Positions 1 to 12,096 of a stretch of 64,000 bases of DNA are shown here, piece after piece. Below the pieces are notes generated by a model. It did no database searches. It worked only from the letters and a program-made list of their open reading frames with translations, and was not told the origin of the DNA. Both the position numbers and the translations under genes were made by a program. Origin of the DNA: Moniliella sp. 'wahieum'. Lineage: Eukaryota. The number at the start of each line of letters is the position of its first letter. The stretch's first letter is position 1. The stretch lies in contig RSEE01000011.1 in the NCBI GenBank assembly GCA_003971905.1, forward strand, positions 744,001-808,000, in the 5' to 3' direction.

Positions 1-1541
1 TTCGAGGCCGAGGTCGCGCGCCTACAGGCCAAGTATCAGAAACGCAATGGTGCTCCTGCTACCGCTCGTGCCAACCAGGGAACTCCTGATCTCCTATCAA
101 AGCGCCAGCGTACTGCGCTGACCGACACCGGACCCGACATCGCCTACTACGCTCCCGTGAGTTTTGGTACCCCTCCTCAGACTCTGAAAGTCGTGCTCGA
201 CACGGGAAGTTCCGATTTGTGGATTGTCAGCGACCAATGCGCCAGCGATTCGTGCGCCCCCTACCAAGTTTGTTACGGGCGATTCCACGACGCTGGAGTA
301 TTCAAACGAGCCTTGGGAGGATTCGTATGGCAAAGGCGACGCCCAGGGGACCCTTGTCTCGGATCGCGTTGAGTTGGCAGGATCGGTTGTCGATTCTCTT
401 CCTTTGGTGTCGCATCCGACATGACTCAGAGTCCCTTCTTTCCACCCAATTCAGGTCTCATGGGCATGGGTCTTCCTGGATTGGGCACCATGGGCATTAC
501 TCCGTTCTGGATGGTGCTCGCCGAGTTGCACTCCATCACTCCGGCCTTTTCGTTTCAAATGGCACGCAACCCAACTGTTCAAAACGATACCGATGAGTCG
601 CCGGGAGGCACTTTCACTTGGGCGAGATTGACGCCAGTCAGTATTCGGGCGATATTAACTGGATCAACACGGTGGAAAATGTTCATTGGGCTATCCCCCT
701 GGACGCAATCACATTGGGTGAGAGTACTGCTCCTTTGCAGCAGTCGTGGGCGCTCATGGACTCAGGTAGGTTCATCCTCTTCTAACCTTGGGTGTCTGTG
801 GCGCCGCCAGCTTTTTTCCAAGTACTGACCTTTTGTTTGTGTGTGGCTTTCTGTCAAAAGGAACAAGTTTGATCAGCGTGCCACCCGACGTGGCATTAGC
901 GGTGTATAACGCTATCCCTGGGGCAGCCACTCTCCAGGGTGATGGTGGTTCATCGACTTCATCAGCCCAGAATTTCGTATTCCCTTGTGAAACCCAGGTG
1001 GAGCTGTCATTCACATTGGGTGGAACGGTATACCCTATCGATCCCGCTGATTTCAGCCACGGTCCGGCCGACGACGAGGGTACAATGTGCGTTGGTGCCA
1101 TTTTGCCGGGCCAGATTTGGGTGATGACGCTCCCAATTTCATTCTGGGAGATACTTTTCTCAAGTCATACTTTACTGCTTTTCAAGTGGGCCCGCAAGGC
1201 CCTCAGTTGGGATTGCTGCGCTTAAAAACGGTACGGCGGCCCAGACCATGCCAGTGAATGCATCGTTCATCTCCAACACCCAGGTTGCCCAGTCCCTTTG
1301 GGATTTCACCACCGATGTCTTCGAAACGACCGAGCCAGTAACAGGCGCAGGGATCGATTGGGCCACCCCCCTCTTCTCAGCCCCTGTTGCATCTGGTACA
1401 GGGGGGGTGGCGACAGCGACTTACATGGGGCCCGACGGTGATGGCCCACTCACGGCTGCAGGTGGTGTCACGGTTACTGAGAGCGCTACGAGCTCTGCTG
1501 CTACCAGCGTTCCACAGCCACCGCCAGTTCTCACCCACTGA
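1..1541 (+). CDS. Pepsin-like (A1) aspartic protease, 5'-truncated by the window edge, with Ser/Thr-rich C-terminal tail
   Basis: First catalytic motif FGTPPQTLKVVLDTGSSDLW. Second catalytic DSG|TSLI is split by intron 766-860 (GTAGGT..TACTGAC..AAG). Also SGLMGMG, FTLGG..YPI and ILGDTF-like segments. Several frameshifts; 3' end uncertain. Confidence 0.9.
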
Positions 1542-2267
1542 GTCGTTGACACGGTCAAGAAATCCAGCCTGGTATTGCGTGTGCCATGAATTGCATGAAT
1601 GGTCTTGCTTACTCACTCGTTCGAGGTCTACTCACCGGGGGACTGCTCTCCTGAAAGTGCTAAGCTACATATGTTAATACACCTTGCTCCAACAAGCTCT
1701 CACAGTTCTATGCCGTTCAATCTATACTCAACTTTTGTGCTTCTCTTCTTTTGTCATTTTATTTGTTATTGACATTTGTTATTGACATATATGACTTTGC
1801 ACCATAAATGGGTTTTGATCCCTTTAAGTGTGGCTATGCAAAGATGATTGCACTATACACAAAGAATACATTAATACATTCCGATAGACTTTGCTATATC
1901 TCTTTATATCGTCCCCATCGTAGTAATTATACATCAACGCGCTGTTTAGCAGGCACAAGGATATAACAGAGCATTGAGATACTTCAACCCCAAACGTTTC
2001 GATCGCAATTCGGTCCTGGGGATAGTGATGAGACTCCCATCTTCGGATGTCTGATGCAACTAGTCGTTCAGTTAGGATGAGGTGGGAATGTGCGTGGCAT
2101 GATTATAAGCATGTTGGGTGTTAGGTATATATACTACGAGAAGAGACTACTAGCCAGTATCATTAACAGCAAACTTTGGGTTGGTGTGGCTACTAATAGC
2201 AGACAGTCTTTTGTGTTGCAGGCGCCTTTTACGACCCAGGGCCCTTCACCAGGCAACCAAGAACGAG

Positions 2268-3086
2268 ATGGGGAAACGGACAATCGATAATTCATCCAGG
2301 AGTGAATCCGATACTGGCGCTCGTTATAGCCGAGCTGTCAAAAGGACGAAGACAGGACCGGAGGAGTCAAGGGCGATAAGGTAAAACGGTGAGGGAAGAG
2401 AGACAAGAACCGAGCGTCCGCAGCCCGTGGTCAACTTCCGGGCAAGTGACAAGGCCGGTTCATCGGAAGACGCAACAGTAGCATCGGTAGAGATCGGTTC
2501 GAGGACAGACTCGATCGGTGCAGACCTGAGAATTGTAGCTAACTGGAAGGGCAAGCAAGGTGGCCTGCCCCAACTGGGAGACGGCGGCGTTTGGAGAAGT
2601 TGTTGGACGCATGCCGCATTTTGGATGCGTGCCGCGCTTTGGCTTAGGGAGGCAAACGTGGACGCCAGCTGAACAGTTGCGATGCGGGCCTGGGGCCGGG
2701 TGGGGGGGCGGTGGGGGCAGAGAGGCGTGGTGTGGTAGGCAGCAGCAGAATGTGATCGAAGGCCGCATAGAGAACGAGGAGCGCGGACAGAACGAGTCCA
2801 GGCGAGTGTGCCGGGGACCATACTGACAGGTGGCCGGTTAGTACCCGAATGAATTTGCTGGAGACTGTGGATAGAACTGCCACTGTGGATGCTAAATTAC
2901 ATCCGGATCGATCCATATAATGGCGACCTGGAACGGATCCAAGCCCTGCCACAACGCACCCAATGGGCTTCGGGGCTGGCAAAAAGAGAAATCGCAAAAC
3001 CGATGCAGGATTATCGATTAAGTTGGGTAAACGACAGGCTATTCATTGCCAGCTATGACGACCGTGGTACCAGCGAATGGTGTTAG
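2268..3086 (+). CDS. Hypothetical protein (fragmented ORFs, no recognisable domain)
   Basis: Consecutive + strand ORF pieces from MGKRTIDN to ...LFIASYDDRGTSEWC*. No motif recognised. Confidence 0.25.
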
Positions 3087-3802
3087 AGGGTAGTGCTAGG
3101 ATCCCCCTGCACGGCCCTCAGTGGATCGGTGACGCTCGCTTAGCCGGACGGAAGAGTTCCGCTCGCAGGCCGCGCACGCCTTGCTCGCACCATCTCCCTT
3201 CTCCCTCTCCTGTCGCCTTATCCCTTCAAACGTTGCTTGAAGACTTGTAGCTCATCACTTGCCTTCACGCGCCTTGTCTGAAGGCTGATTTGCAGCTGAT
3301 TCATAGGATCGCTAGTGCTCCCAAGTCGCACTTTAGCAACCGATGCATCATCACACTCAACAATGAGATCTGAGAGGGCTATAGGACAGGCAAACTCCAC
3401 CAGGAACTCATCCAGCGGGACTGCCGCGACCATCACGTGCCACGCAATCACCATCGCCCAGACAGACCGCAGCTAGTTTGGAGAGTATGGACAATATCAA
3501 TGGATGCATTTTTCCATGCTGCTGGGTCCTCCCACCAGCACTGGGGGATGCATCAGGTCGAGTGCAAGATAAGTGGACTGTGGCGAAAAAAAAATGCAGT
3601 GGGCTGGGACAATGAGGCCGACGCACGAAAGAGTGGCATGAGATGATGAACCAATCAGGGTGCCCGGCTCGACTCAAATGAGGGCTCAGACAGAGCATAT
3701 GAACGAGATCAAAGCCGAGAAGCGACTGGATTTTCAAGAAGTGAGGCATCCCGTGCTACCCCCCCCCCCCCCCCCCCCGTGTCCAAAGATTTGGCGTGAC
3801 AA

Positions 3803-4293
3803 TCATGGAAGGATGTTGCTACAATGCGGCGTCTGTGAGCGATGCGCCGGAATTCGGCCAGATAGATACCCTGCCAGGTACCTAAGTTGAGCCGACCATT
3901 AGTAATGGGGATCTGAATGCTGGATCCAAACAACGCGTTCTTGGTGTGCGAGACACTGTCGTCCAGACCTACACAAATGGGAGATTAGTTGGGGCGTTGC
4001 AATCAATATCCAAAGAAAACCTGCAAGTACAGCAGCACGTACCTTCGTCAATGTGGTCCCATTGAATCCACCTTGCTCAGGCACAATGTGGTCCAGGGCG
4101 CGATCCATGTCCGTGCGCACATCACTGTCCCAGTTCTCTCCGAGCGCAAGCGACGCCGATGTGTGCTTGATAAACAAGTGCAAAGGCCAATCTGAGTCGA
4201 GCGCAAACCCGGGGCAATTGCTTCCCACGTCGGATGTGACGAGTGCACGCCCTTGCTATGGGAGGGAAGAGTGAACTCGGTTTGCCAGGGCAT
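3803..4293 (-). CDS. YjbQ/UPF0047 family protein (secondary thiamine-phosphate synthase-like)
   Basis: [48 protein letters not shown] and [17 protein letters not shown] are family-typical. One intron at ~3969-4042. Confidence 0.9.
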
Positions 4294-4329
4294 TGCGCGG
4301 GAGAGAGTGCAGGGGGAGAGGGAAACGTT

Positions 4330-4811
4330 GCTGCTGGTCGGGGCGGAGAGATTGAAGGCAGGTTGAAAGGGGTAACCAAGAGTGTGTCGCCAGGTCCAGC
4401 CAAGAAGGGGAAAGTAACCTGTGGGAAAACCCAAAAGACAAAGCCGAGAAAGACCATGACCCACAACACGCGCGAAGGGTCAGTGTACCGCCTTACGTCC
4501 CACTCCCATTCATCCTGGTCGCCTTGGTTGGGGCGATTGGGATTCGCAAAGCCGTCAAAGGAAGCAGCGAGAATGTCCGAGAAGGGAAACGTCTCCCACG
4601 TCCACTCTTCTCCCAAGGCGTCGTCCTGTGGCAAAGCCGGCCCCTGCTCGCCGTCGCCATCGGTGGTGGCCGGGGCAGGAGCAGGGGCATTGTCCACGCC
4701 ACTGGCGGCCGAGGGGTCGAAGGGGGATCGCATCTGGCTCCGCCGCTGGTCTGCATCAGGGGGATGAGGTGCCCGAGCGGCTGCGGGCGGCGGCTGCCGA
4801 CGGCGCAACAT
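4330..4811 (-). CDS. Hypothetical small protein with one hydrophobic segment
   Basis: ORF from MLRRRQPPP with an acidic/Trp-rich middle and hydrophobic VLWVMVFLGFVFWVFPQVTFPFL. 3' end uncertain. Confidence 0.4.
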
Positions 4812-4989
4812 GGGCGAGAAGAGGTGGAAGGGAGGCGTGCGTACCTGCAACGGGCGCAATAATGCGTGCTGGTGGAGCTGAAAGGCGCCGAGTGAAAGGC
4901 CCGCTAGGACCAACTGCGCTGCGCAAGTTCGGGGGACGGCGGTTTTGAAATGTACGTATTGGCCACCGTCAATATTCAATACGAGAGGA

Positions 4990-5031
4990 CCACCGGGCCT
5001 ACGGCCCGGTGGGCTGAGGCTTCGCCTCAGC
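4990..5031. repeat. Two abutting perfect GC-rich hairpins
   Basis: CCACCGGGCC-tac-GGCCCGGTGG (10-bp stem) immediately followed by GCTGAGGC-ttc-GCCTCAGC (8-bp stem). Confidence 0.9.
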
Positions 5032-5040
5032 TGTGCTGCG

Positions 5041-5160
5041 TCGCCACCTTAGCCACCGGTCCGCCTTCGCCACCGTAGCCACCGTTCCCCCATCGCCACC
5101 GTAGCCACCGTTCCCCCATCGCCACCTTAGCCACCGGTCCACCGTCGCCATCGTAGCCTC
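5041..5160. repeat. Degenerate ~26-bp tandem repeat (GCCACC(G/T)TAGCCACCG...)
   Basis: gccaccttagccaccggtcc occurs twice and gccaccgtagccaccgttcccccatc twice, plus a degenerate fifth unit. Confidence 0.85.
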
Positions 5161-5559
5161 CATTCCACGCTGGAGGAATTTTATCACCCATGTGCATGGC
5201 TGAGCGCGCGGGTGGGTTGCGGGGCTGCGTCACCGCGTCACCCGCGCAGCGAACGCAAACAAATAGGTAAGCATGACGTAAAGTAAAAAGGGGGTCTGCG
5301 ATATAAAAAGGGAGATTCAATCTCCATCGCCCCTGCCGCTCTCCCGAAGCAGGCCAACGGGCTCTCATTATGTAGGGATTTGATAATGCCTGCCACGATG
5401 CTCATTTCATTTTGCGGAAGGAGGCCAGGTGCTGACGTGCGAATGGAGCTAGCACTGCCCTCTCCAACACAAGGAAGCACCCCAGATCACTTGACCACCC
5501 GGTAAGGAAAATGCTATATAGGTGAGAAAAGATCTAGTTCGTTTGGAGATGATCCCTCG

Positions 5560-6730
5560 AATTCATCGGGCCGCAACGTTCATCTACATACACTCTGGTG
5601 CACATATAGCTTGGGAGTGGTAGGAGCCACCAGGTTTTCTGATCGTTCTACGACGTCGTGTGCTAATGGCCTGTTGTACTTTTTGGAAGGAGAACGGGAC
5701 GGTTGCAGTATATATCCTTCATCTGCACGGTGTTCATCATCCAGGCGACGAGGATCCCCAAGGTACAAAGGACGACCATTCCGACATGCTCATCAGCTTG
5801 CCTCTTCTGAGAGGAGGATGCCGCAGCCGGCTTTACTCGTATATTGCGCCCCACGCACGTGCTGCGGCCAACGAGGTCAACGAACCACTTATGTTGACCG
5901 ATCTGGAGCACGCACGCTGACGGAGAACGCAAGCACGAAGCAACGCCAGCGCTGTTCGGAGGATGTGGTAGAAGAGCCGACAACTACTGCTCCAGAAGCT
6001 TTTGACGATGCCGCGGTCGCAATGTGTCGAGCACAACAACCGCTGAGCCATATTTGGCTCTCCTCAATTCCTTCAGCCCCGTGCCTCCGGCTCACCGACA
6101 AGCAGGTAGAGGCTGGTCTCCAGGTCCGCATGCGTGGCGCTCCAAGGGCAACATGTGCAAGTGTGGCGTCATGTCCTCGCTCGAGCACATCGTGGCTTGC
6201 ACCAGCACACAGTCCAAGTTTGGCGCCTTACATTAGGTAGTGCTGGAGCCCATTCTCCACAGCTCGTGCCCTCCATCCCTCAACCACGTCCACAACGAGC
6301 CCACTGTGGAGAAAAGGATGAGGCGAGGCGTGGGGGAAGGCAATACGCACTGACTATCGCGTGATGGGACCTGGAGCAATCGGAGGATCAGGCATGGAGG
6401 TGGTTCATACGCTATGCGACTCGGTAACACAGGAGGCACAAGCTGCGTACCGGGTGGTGGTATATGAAAGCACCGCGACACCTTTGGAATACCGAAGAAG
6501 TTACTTCGGCTGCTGGAACAAACAGAATGCGACAAGAACGCCAAGTACCAGGGACGTACCCAAGAATCGTTTTCCCGTTGGTTTTGACAACGCGAGGATA
6601 CTATGCCCCAATACAGCAGTAAGATGCTTAGGAACTGGAAGGAATTGACTACGAGCCTCAATGGAGATGTTCACCGTTCGGATGTCTACCGCGTTCATCC
6701 GTATCCAAATGCGCATCCTCGGGTATGGAA
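5560..6730 (+). mobile_element. Decayed 3' part of a CRE/Cnl1-like (restriction-like endonuclease) non-LTR retrotransposon
   Basis: Across frames and in the expected order: LISLPLLRGG..YSYIAPHARAAA (post-RT LP..GGLG..AP.A), IWLSSIPSAPCLRLTDKQVEAGLQVRM, CKCGVMSSLEHIVAC (CCHC), VVLEP, DKNAKY, FPVGFD, RMSTAFIR. In-frame stops present; no RT YxDD core seen. Confidence 0.65.
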
Positions 6731-9700
6731 AGGATGGCGGGCACCAGAGGCCCTTGATCCTGGTGTTTCCCCTGCGGTTCCTTAAACGGGTTGCGCTAAG
6801 CGCTATCAAGCAACGCACAGTCACGCTGGAACGAACATCAGTTTAGGCGCCTGCGTTTTCATTGTCCCAGCCTTCAGTTCCGTAAATGATATGGTTACAG
6901 AATACCCGATATGAGCGGTCTGGTGGGCACGGTGTTATAGACCAGAGACAGGCAGTTGGTAGTGTATTGCATTGCACATGATGCATGAGCTACAGAGGCT
7001 AGAGAATATTCCTGTCCGCCAGGAAGGAATATTGCACGGAATGAACCCGAAGGTTCCGGACTTGTTGGGCTACGGCGCACTACACCAGTAGGCGTCCACG
7101 CGTGTGTCTCCTTTGTCCAGCCAAAGCGTTTCGTATATGATATGGACTGTGAATGGAATTGTGTAGTCCACGGGTCTAGAACCTCGATTTGAGGAGGTTA
7201 GTCTGTCATAGTCGTGTTCATCGGCGCTTTCGGGCTTCCATCAGTAATATCTGACTCTTTTAGAACATTACACGAGATGACCACGATCTGAGCGCCATTT
7301 GTGTAAAACTGGCTTACAATCATATTGTCGGGGCTTCACCTAGCTTTTGGCCCCAACTTGGTCCCCGTATCTACCGTATAGCGATGGAGAAATTCAACCG
7401 TTCGATAGTTCAACACGTCCACTCGGCCCTCATATACCAAAGATAGATCCACATGTTATACGCATTACTTGTCAGTTTCGCCTATATTTTTGCATCCATA
7501 TCATTGACAGAGTTAAGGCTGGGACAGGGTTGTCAGCGCGTAACAGATCTGACAAATCACATTCCTTCCACACTCTGTTATCCGACTCTCCCTTATGTCT
7601 GCCCCTGACGGGCTCCTCTTCTGGAATACATCCTCCATCCTGCTCCCGTTCATAAGGGTTACTTATAACCAATTCCGTTTCATGACCCGTTGCAAAGAAA
7701 CTAACCACAACCTGTCACCCACAGAACGAGTTCGACATAGAGAGAAAGCGAATTGGGTGGCAAGCCCATATGCATAAGCGCTGAGCGCTAAGCTCACATA
7801 GATCACTTCGATTATCAAAGAAGCGGAATCTGGGAATGTGTCTACACTATGATTCCAATGAGTACTCTTGCTTCACACTTCTTTATGGATCTTCCAGAGA
7901 ATTATTGAAGTGTGGTGGGCTAGGCTCTCCATAGAGAAAAGTGTTACATAATTGTCACATCACACCCCGCACTCAATCATTTCGTGATTATGGGCCCATT
8001 CCGTGTAAAATGACTCTCAGTGTAACATGCATAACAACACATCTCTGGCAGACATTTGATAGATGCAAAGCCTCAGGAATGTCGGAAAATATAGCATGAA
8101 CGTGAACGCGTGAACTCATATTTGTTGACCTATGGTCTCATTTATGGTCAGCGCGTCAGCACAACGCGCTCGGTGGCGCGTTGATCGCCGTCGACCGAGG
8201 TTGAGTACGTTGAAGCTTGATGAAGCTTGAAGCTTGAAGTGTGGTATCGTATACGATATGCCTTACGATATATGTTTTTCGCCATTTCTGGTCACATGTC
8301 GCAGTGGTCCTGTCGCGGTCACTAGATCTGCATCATTCCGACTTGGCCTCGCCACCACCATGTCGAACTTGAAGCTTGAAGCTTAAAGCTTAACACCCCC
8401 TGGATCATGCATCAGACATCATCGAGACCACCCAGTTCATTTGTTGTTTTCTTCCCTGTTCTTTCCGCTGTTCTTTTTCCTGTTATTGGAGCGTTTATAC
8501 GCATTACGCGTTATTACAACTGGCCACCGCTGGGCTGGGCCCTACTACCAAGCAGGTCCAGCCAACAATTCAACTAAAGCTTAAAGACCAGGGAATTATG
8601 TTCATCGATCATCATGAATCATGTATCCCCCGTTCCCGGATCGGCACTGTTGACGACCTTTATTGACGATTGACGCATCTCGACGGCGCTTACACTGGAG
8701 GAGGGTCAAGTTACCATCGATGCACCATGCCTCTCCGTAAGGATATTGAGTTCTTTCCTTGACAACGCTGAAACAGAAGTATATGTGGGAAACAAGCCTG
8801 AATACTATAAAGCCGCACTATCGTTTTCATCTCCCATGCCGATCTCATTGAGCAACATGCTGGTCGTGCAAGCATGGTGATCGATGATCAAATAGTTCTC
8901 AGATCTCAGATCTCATGCACTCAGTAATCAGTACTCAGTACTCATGAGAACTTAGACCCTACTCACTCTCTATCACATTTTTTCAGTTCCGTCTATGGCA
9001 TCCTCCCCTTGGAGCTTTTGGTGGGCTCTCCTTGCGAAAACATATAGCACCAGTTTCTATGAAGCCAACTACTGTTGGTACTGTCACTATCACTGACTGT
9101 CAATGGGTGTTTACATGTTACGCGTTCGCATTTCGTTAGCGCGTAACTATAAAGATGAGCAACAGTGGTGAAAATCTGTCTTCGCTTTCGGGTCTTCTCC
9201 ACGATCTGAGCTGAGCCTGAGCGTTCTCAGGGTGGACTATTAAAGTCTATTGGTCGGATACCTCGTCGCCCACAGTAGGAAGTGTGCATCTATGATACCT
9301 CGGACGTGTGCGTCTTCATGGAGCGATTTTTCAATGTGTTTATCCAATGCCCAAACGATGTAGAGGTAATGCCTTCTTTAACACTGTAATAGGAAGCGGG
9401 AGACTGTTAGGCGTCCCACTGCTGCCGCGATACCTCGCAATCTATGGGATCGCGGGGGTCAGAAAAGGGCATTACTTGTGATGCGCGCGCCTCTGCTTCT
9501 GGTGCTGTTATGTTAATGAATCTGCGACTTGAAGCTTGAAGCTTGATTCATCATCGAGATCGACCGAAGAAGGACAGTACAGAAAGAAAAGGGATGATCG
9601 ATGATCGATGAGATCTGAGACCTGTTGAGACTTGGACTGCAAGATGTGAGACGCGAGTATGTCCGATATACAATGCACATCACAAGGTATCAGTATAGGC

Positions 9701-10380
9701 CGATGGCTGTTTTTAAAGGACTATTCCAGTCATTAATCATTCGCCATTCTTATCGATTATCCTTGTTTTGTCACATCACTGAATGGTTGCGCGGAAGTAC
9801 GCGTAACGCATAACGCGTAAAGTGTTACCACAGTGACATGTGACATGTGACATGTGACAGAAGGTCACATCGAGATCAGCAGAACATTGGACATCCATAT
9901 TCGGAACCGTACCTCCGCAGAGCGGATTGCTCCGTCCCCGATTGAGGTTGTCAATAAGAGTGGCACAGATGTTCGGGAGGGAAATAGGTGACCAATGATG
10001 TGAAAAAGGGGTTCTGTAATGCAGTAGTCTCACTTCACCACCTGCCATCATGTACTATAATGCCAGGCAGGTGCATCAGAAGATCAGAGGTCCATTGAGG
10101 GATGAAGAGCGTGAAAGAATGTGAATTACATGGATAGATGATCTGGGGTAGCATCAGTCATTAATCATTACATCGTACTGTACTCTTCGTGGCATCAGAA
10201 GGATCAGATGCTTCTCTTGGCAAGACTCTCAGCAGCCATAGATCCCAGCAAGGTGAGAAAAATGGGTTATATAAGGATCCATCGACCCTTCCCTTTCTTT
10301 CCCCCACCAACCAACACACGCCCTCTCCTTTCCTTACCAACTTTTCTCGCCTTTGAGCAACACATTGCTGATTGCTGAAG

Positions 10381-11525
10381 ATGAAGCTATTTACTGTCGC
10401 CTTCGCTACCGTCCTTGCCGCCACGGCTGCCACTGCCATTCCTCTGGACCGCCCCTCGATGGGCAACGACATGATGGTTCGCAACACGCTGCAGTACGAC
10501 ATCACCAACACGTTTGACTTGCAGCGCCGCAATGACACTGATGGTTCGTCCGCCGGACCTTCTGCGGGCAATGGCACTACATCGGACGTTGTACCGTCCG
10601 CGAGCGCTGTCCCTACTTCGGACGTTGTACCGTCCGCTAGCGCTGTCCCTTCGGACGTTGTACCTTCTGCGAGCGCTGTCCCAACTTCGGACGTTGTACC
10701 TTCTGCGAGCGCTGTCCCAACTTCAGCCGCCGTGCCTTCTGCGAGCGCTGTCCCTACTTCGGCGTTGTACCGTTGTACCTTCTGCGAGCGCTGTCCCAAC
10801 TTCGGACGTTGTACCTTCTGCGAGCGCTGTCCCAACTTCGGACGTTGTACCTTCTGCGAGCGCTGTCCAACTTCAGCCGCCGTGCCTTCTGCGACGCTGT
10901 CCCTACTTCGGCCGTTGTACCTTCTGCGAGCGCTGTCCCAACTTCGGCCGCCGTACCGTCCGCGAGCGCTGTCCCTACTTCGGCGGCCGTACCTTCTGCG
11001 AGCGCTGCCCCTACATCGGCCGCTAAACCTTCCCCGAGCGCTGGCCCTAGTCCGGCCACCGCCCCTGCCCCTGGCTTGATCCAGACCGTTGGCCATGTCG
11101 TCGCCCTTATCGAGCAGGGTCTCGGCATTACTCCCGCCCTGAACGCCATCGATGCTCAGCTTGGAGGCTCTCTGGTACGTTTCCACCCGTCTCTCCTCTC
11201 GTTTTCACAACAGCAATAGGTTACTGACGCGATTGTATGCAGGCCCAACTCGAGCAGGATGCTGGCCTGACGAAGCTCGACATGGGGCTTGGTCTCGTCA
11301 ACGGACAGTTCCCGGATGGTGTGCTCCAGAAGTTCATGCACCTTGTTAAGAACATTGACGACGAGATTGGTACGTTTTTATCTTTTCTATACCCTCTCGC
11401 CCCGCCTGCCTCGGGGACAATACTGTGAATCATGTGAGTCTGACCTACTTGTGAATTTTCCTTTCTCCCTCGTGCAGGCATTACGGCTTTGGAGAACGTT
11501 CTTGAAACACCCTGCTCAACGGTGA
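10381..11525 (+). CDS. Secreted Ser/Ala/Pro/Thr-rich tandem-repeat protein
   Basis: TATA-like TATATAA at ~10268. Signal peptide MKLFTVAFATVLAATAATA and a dibasic QRR site. About 12-13 copies of a 36-bp unit encoding SASAVPTS(D/A)(V/A)VP. Introns 11175-11242 and 11370-11477. Confidence 0.8.
10580..11045 (+). repeat. 36-bp coding minisatellite
   Basis: Repeated unit cttcggacgttgtaccttctgcgagcgctgtccc(a/t)a. Confidence 0.95.
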
Positions 11526-12096
11526 GATCGGAAAGCTGGAGAGCTTCCTCGGCGTTCCCTTCCTTCGCCAAGCCCTTGGTTTGTAAATACGTTCTCAGGC
11601 TACCTATCTCGCGCTTGCCTTTGCTCGCTTTCTTTCTCTTCCCCATTCGACTTCTTCCTTTTCTGCTGTGAACGAAACGAATTGTCTGTCTGTCTCCACA
11701 ATATACGAATTGTCTGTCTCCACGATACACGGATTTTCTGTCTCCACGATATATCAGGAAGGGTGGCTACTAGTGCCAAGGCGACGAGAGAGCAGTAGAC
11801 GGTGGAACAGTTGAATGAAGCCCCCGTCCATAATTTTAGGCCGCTCGTGTATACTTAGTAGAGACATCGCTGGTGAATTCCTCTGTTTTTCTCTCGGGCC
11901 GCCGCCTCTTCACTCACTCGTTACCTCGTTCTCGCTCATCTGCTTCTGGTTGCCCTGAGGCCTGACCGCCGTCTGCCTACCGTCGTACGTCGCTACGCTG
12001 AGTTTCTAATTAGAGTAGTCGGTTGTGAGTCAATCATGATTCTCGATCTGTGGGATTTAGGGCACAATGTGTATCCGTCAGTCCAAGCACGAAATT

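Noticed and set aside
5041..5160. Possible telomere-like or CRISPR-like repeat
   Set aside because: Units are contiguous and degenerate without spacers, and there is no TTAGGG-type unit. Kept only as a tandem repeat.
10580..11045. 36-bp periodic array resembling a CRISPR array; alternative frame gives Cys-rich RCTFCERCPNFG repeats
   Set aside because: There are no unique spacers, no cas genes, and the context is eukaryotic. The Cys-rich reading is a shifted frame of the SASAVPTSDVVP coding repeat.
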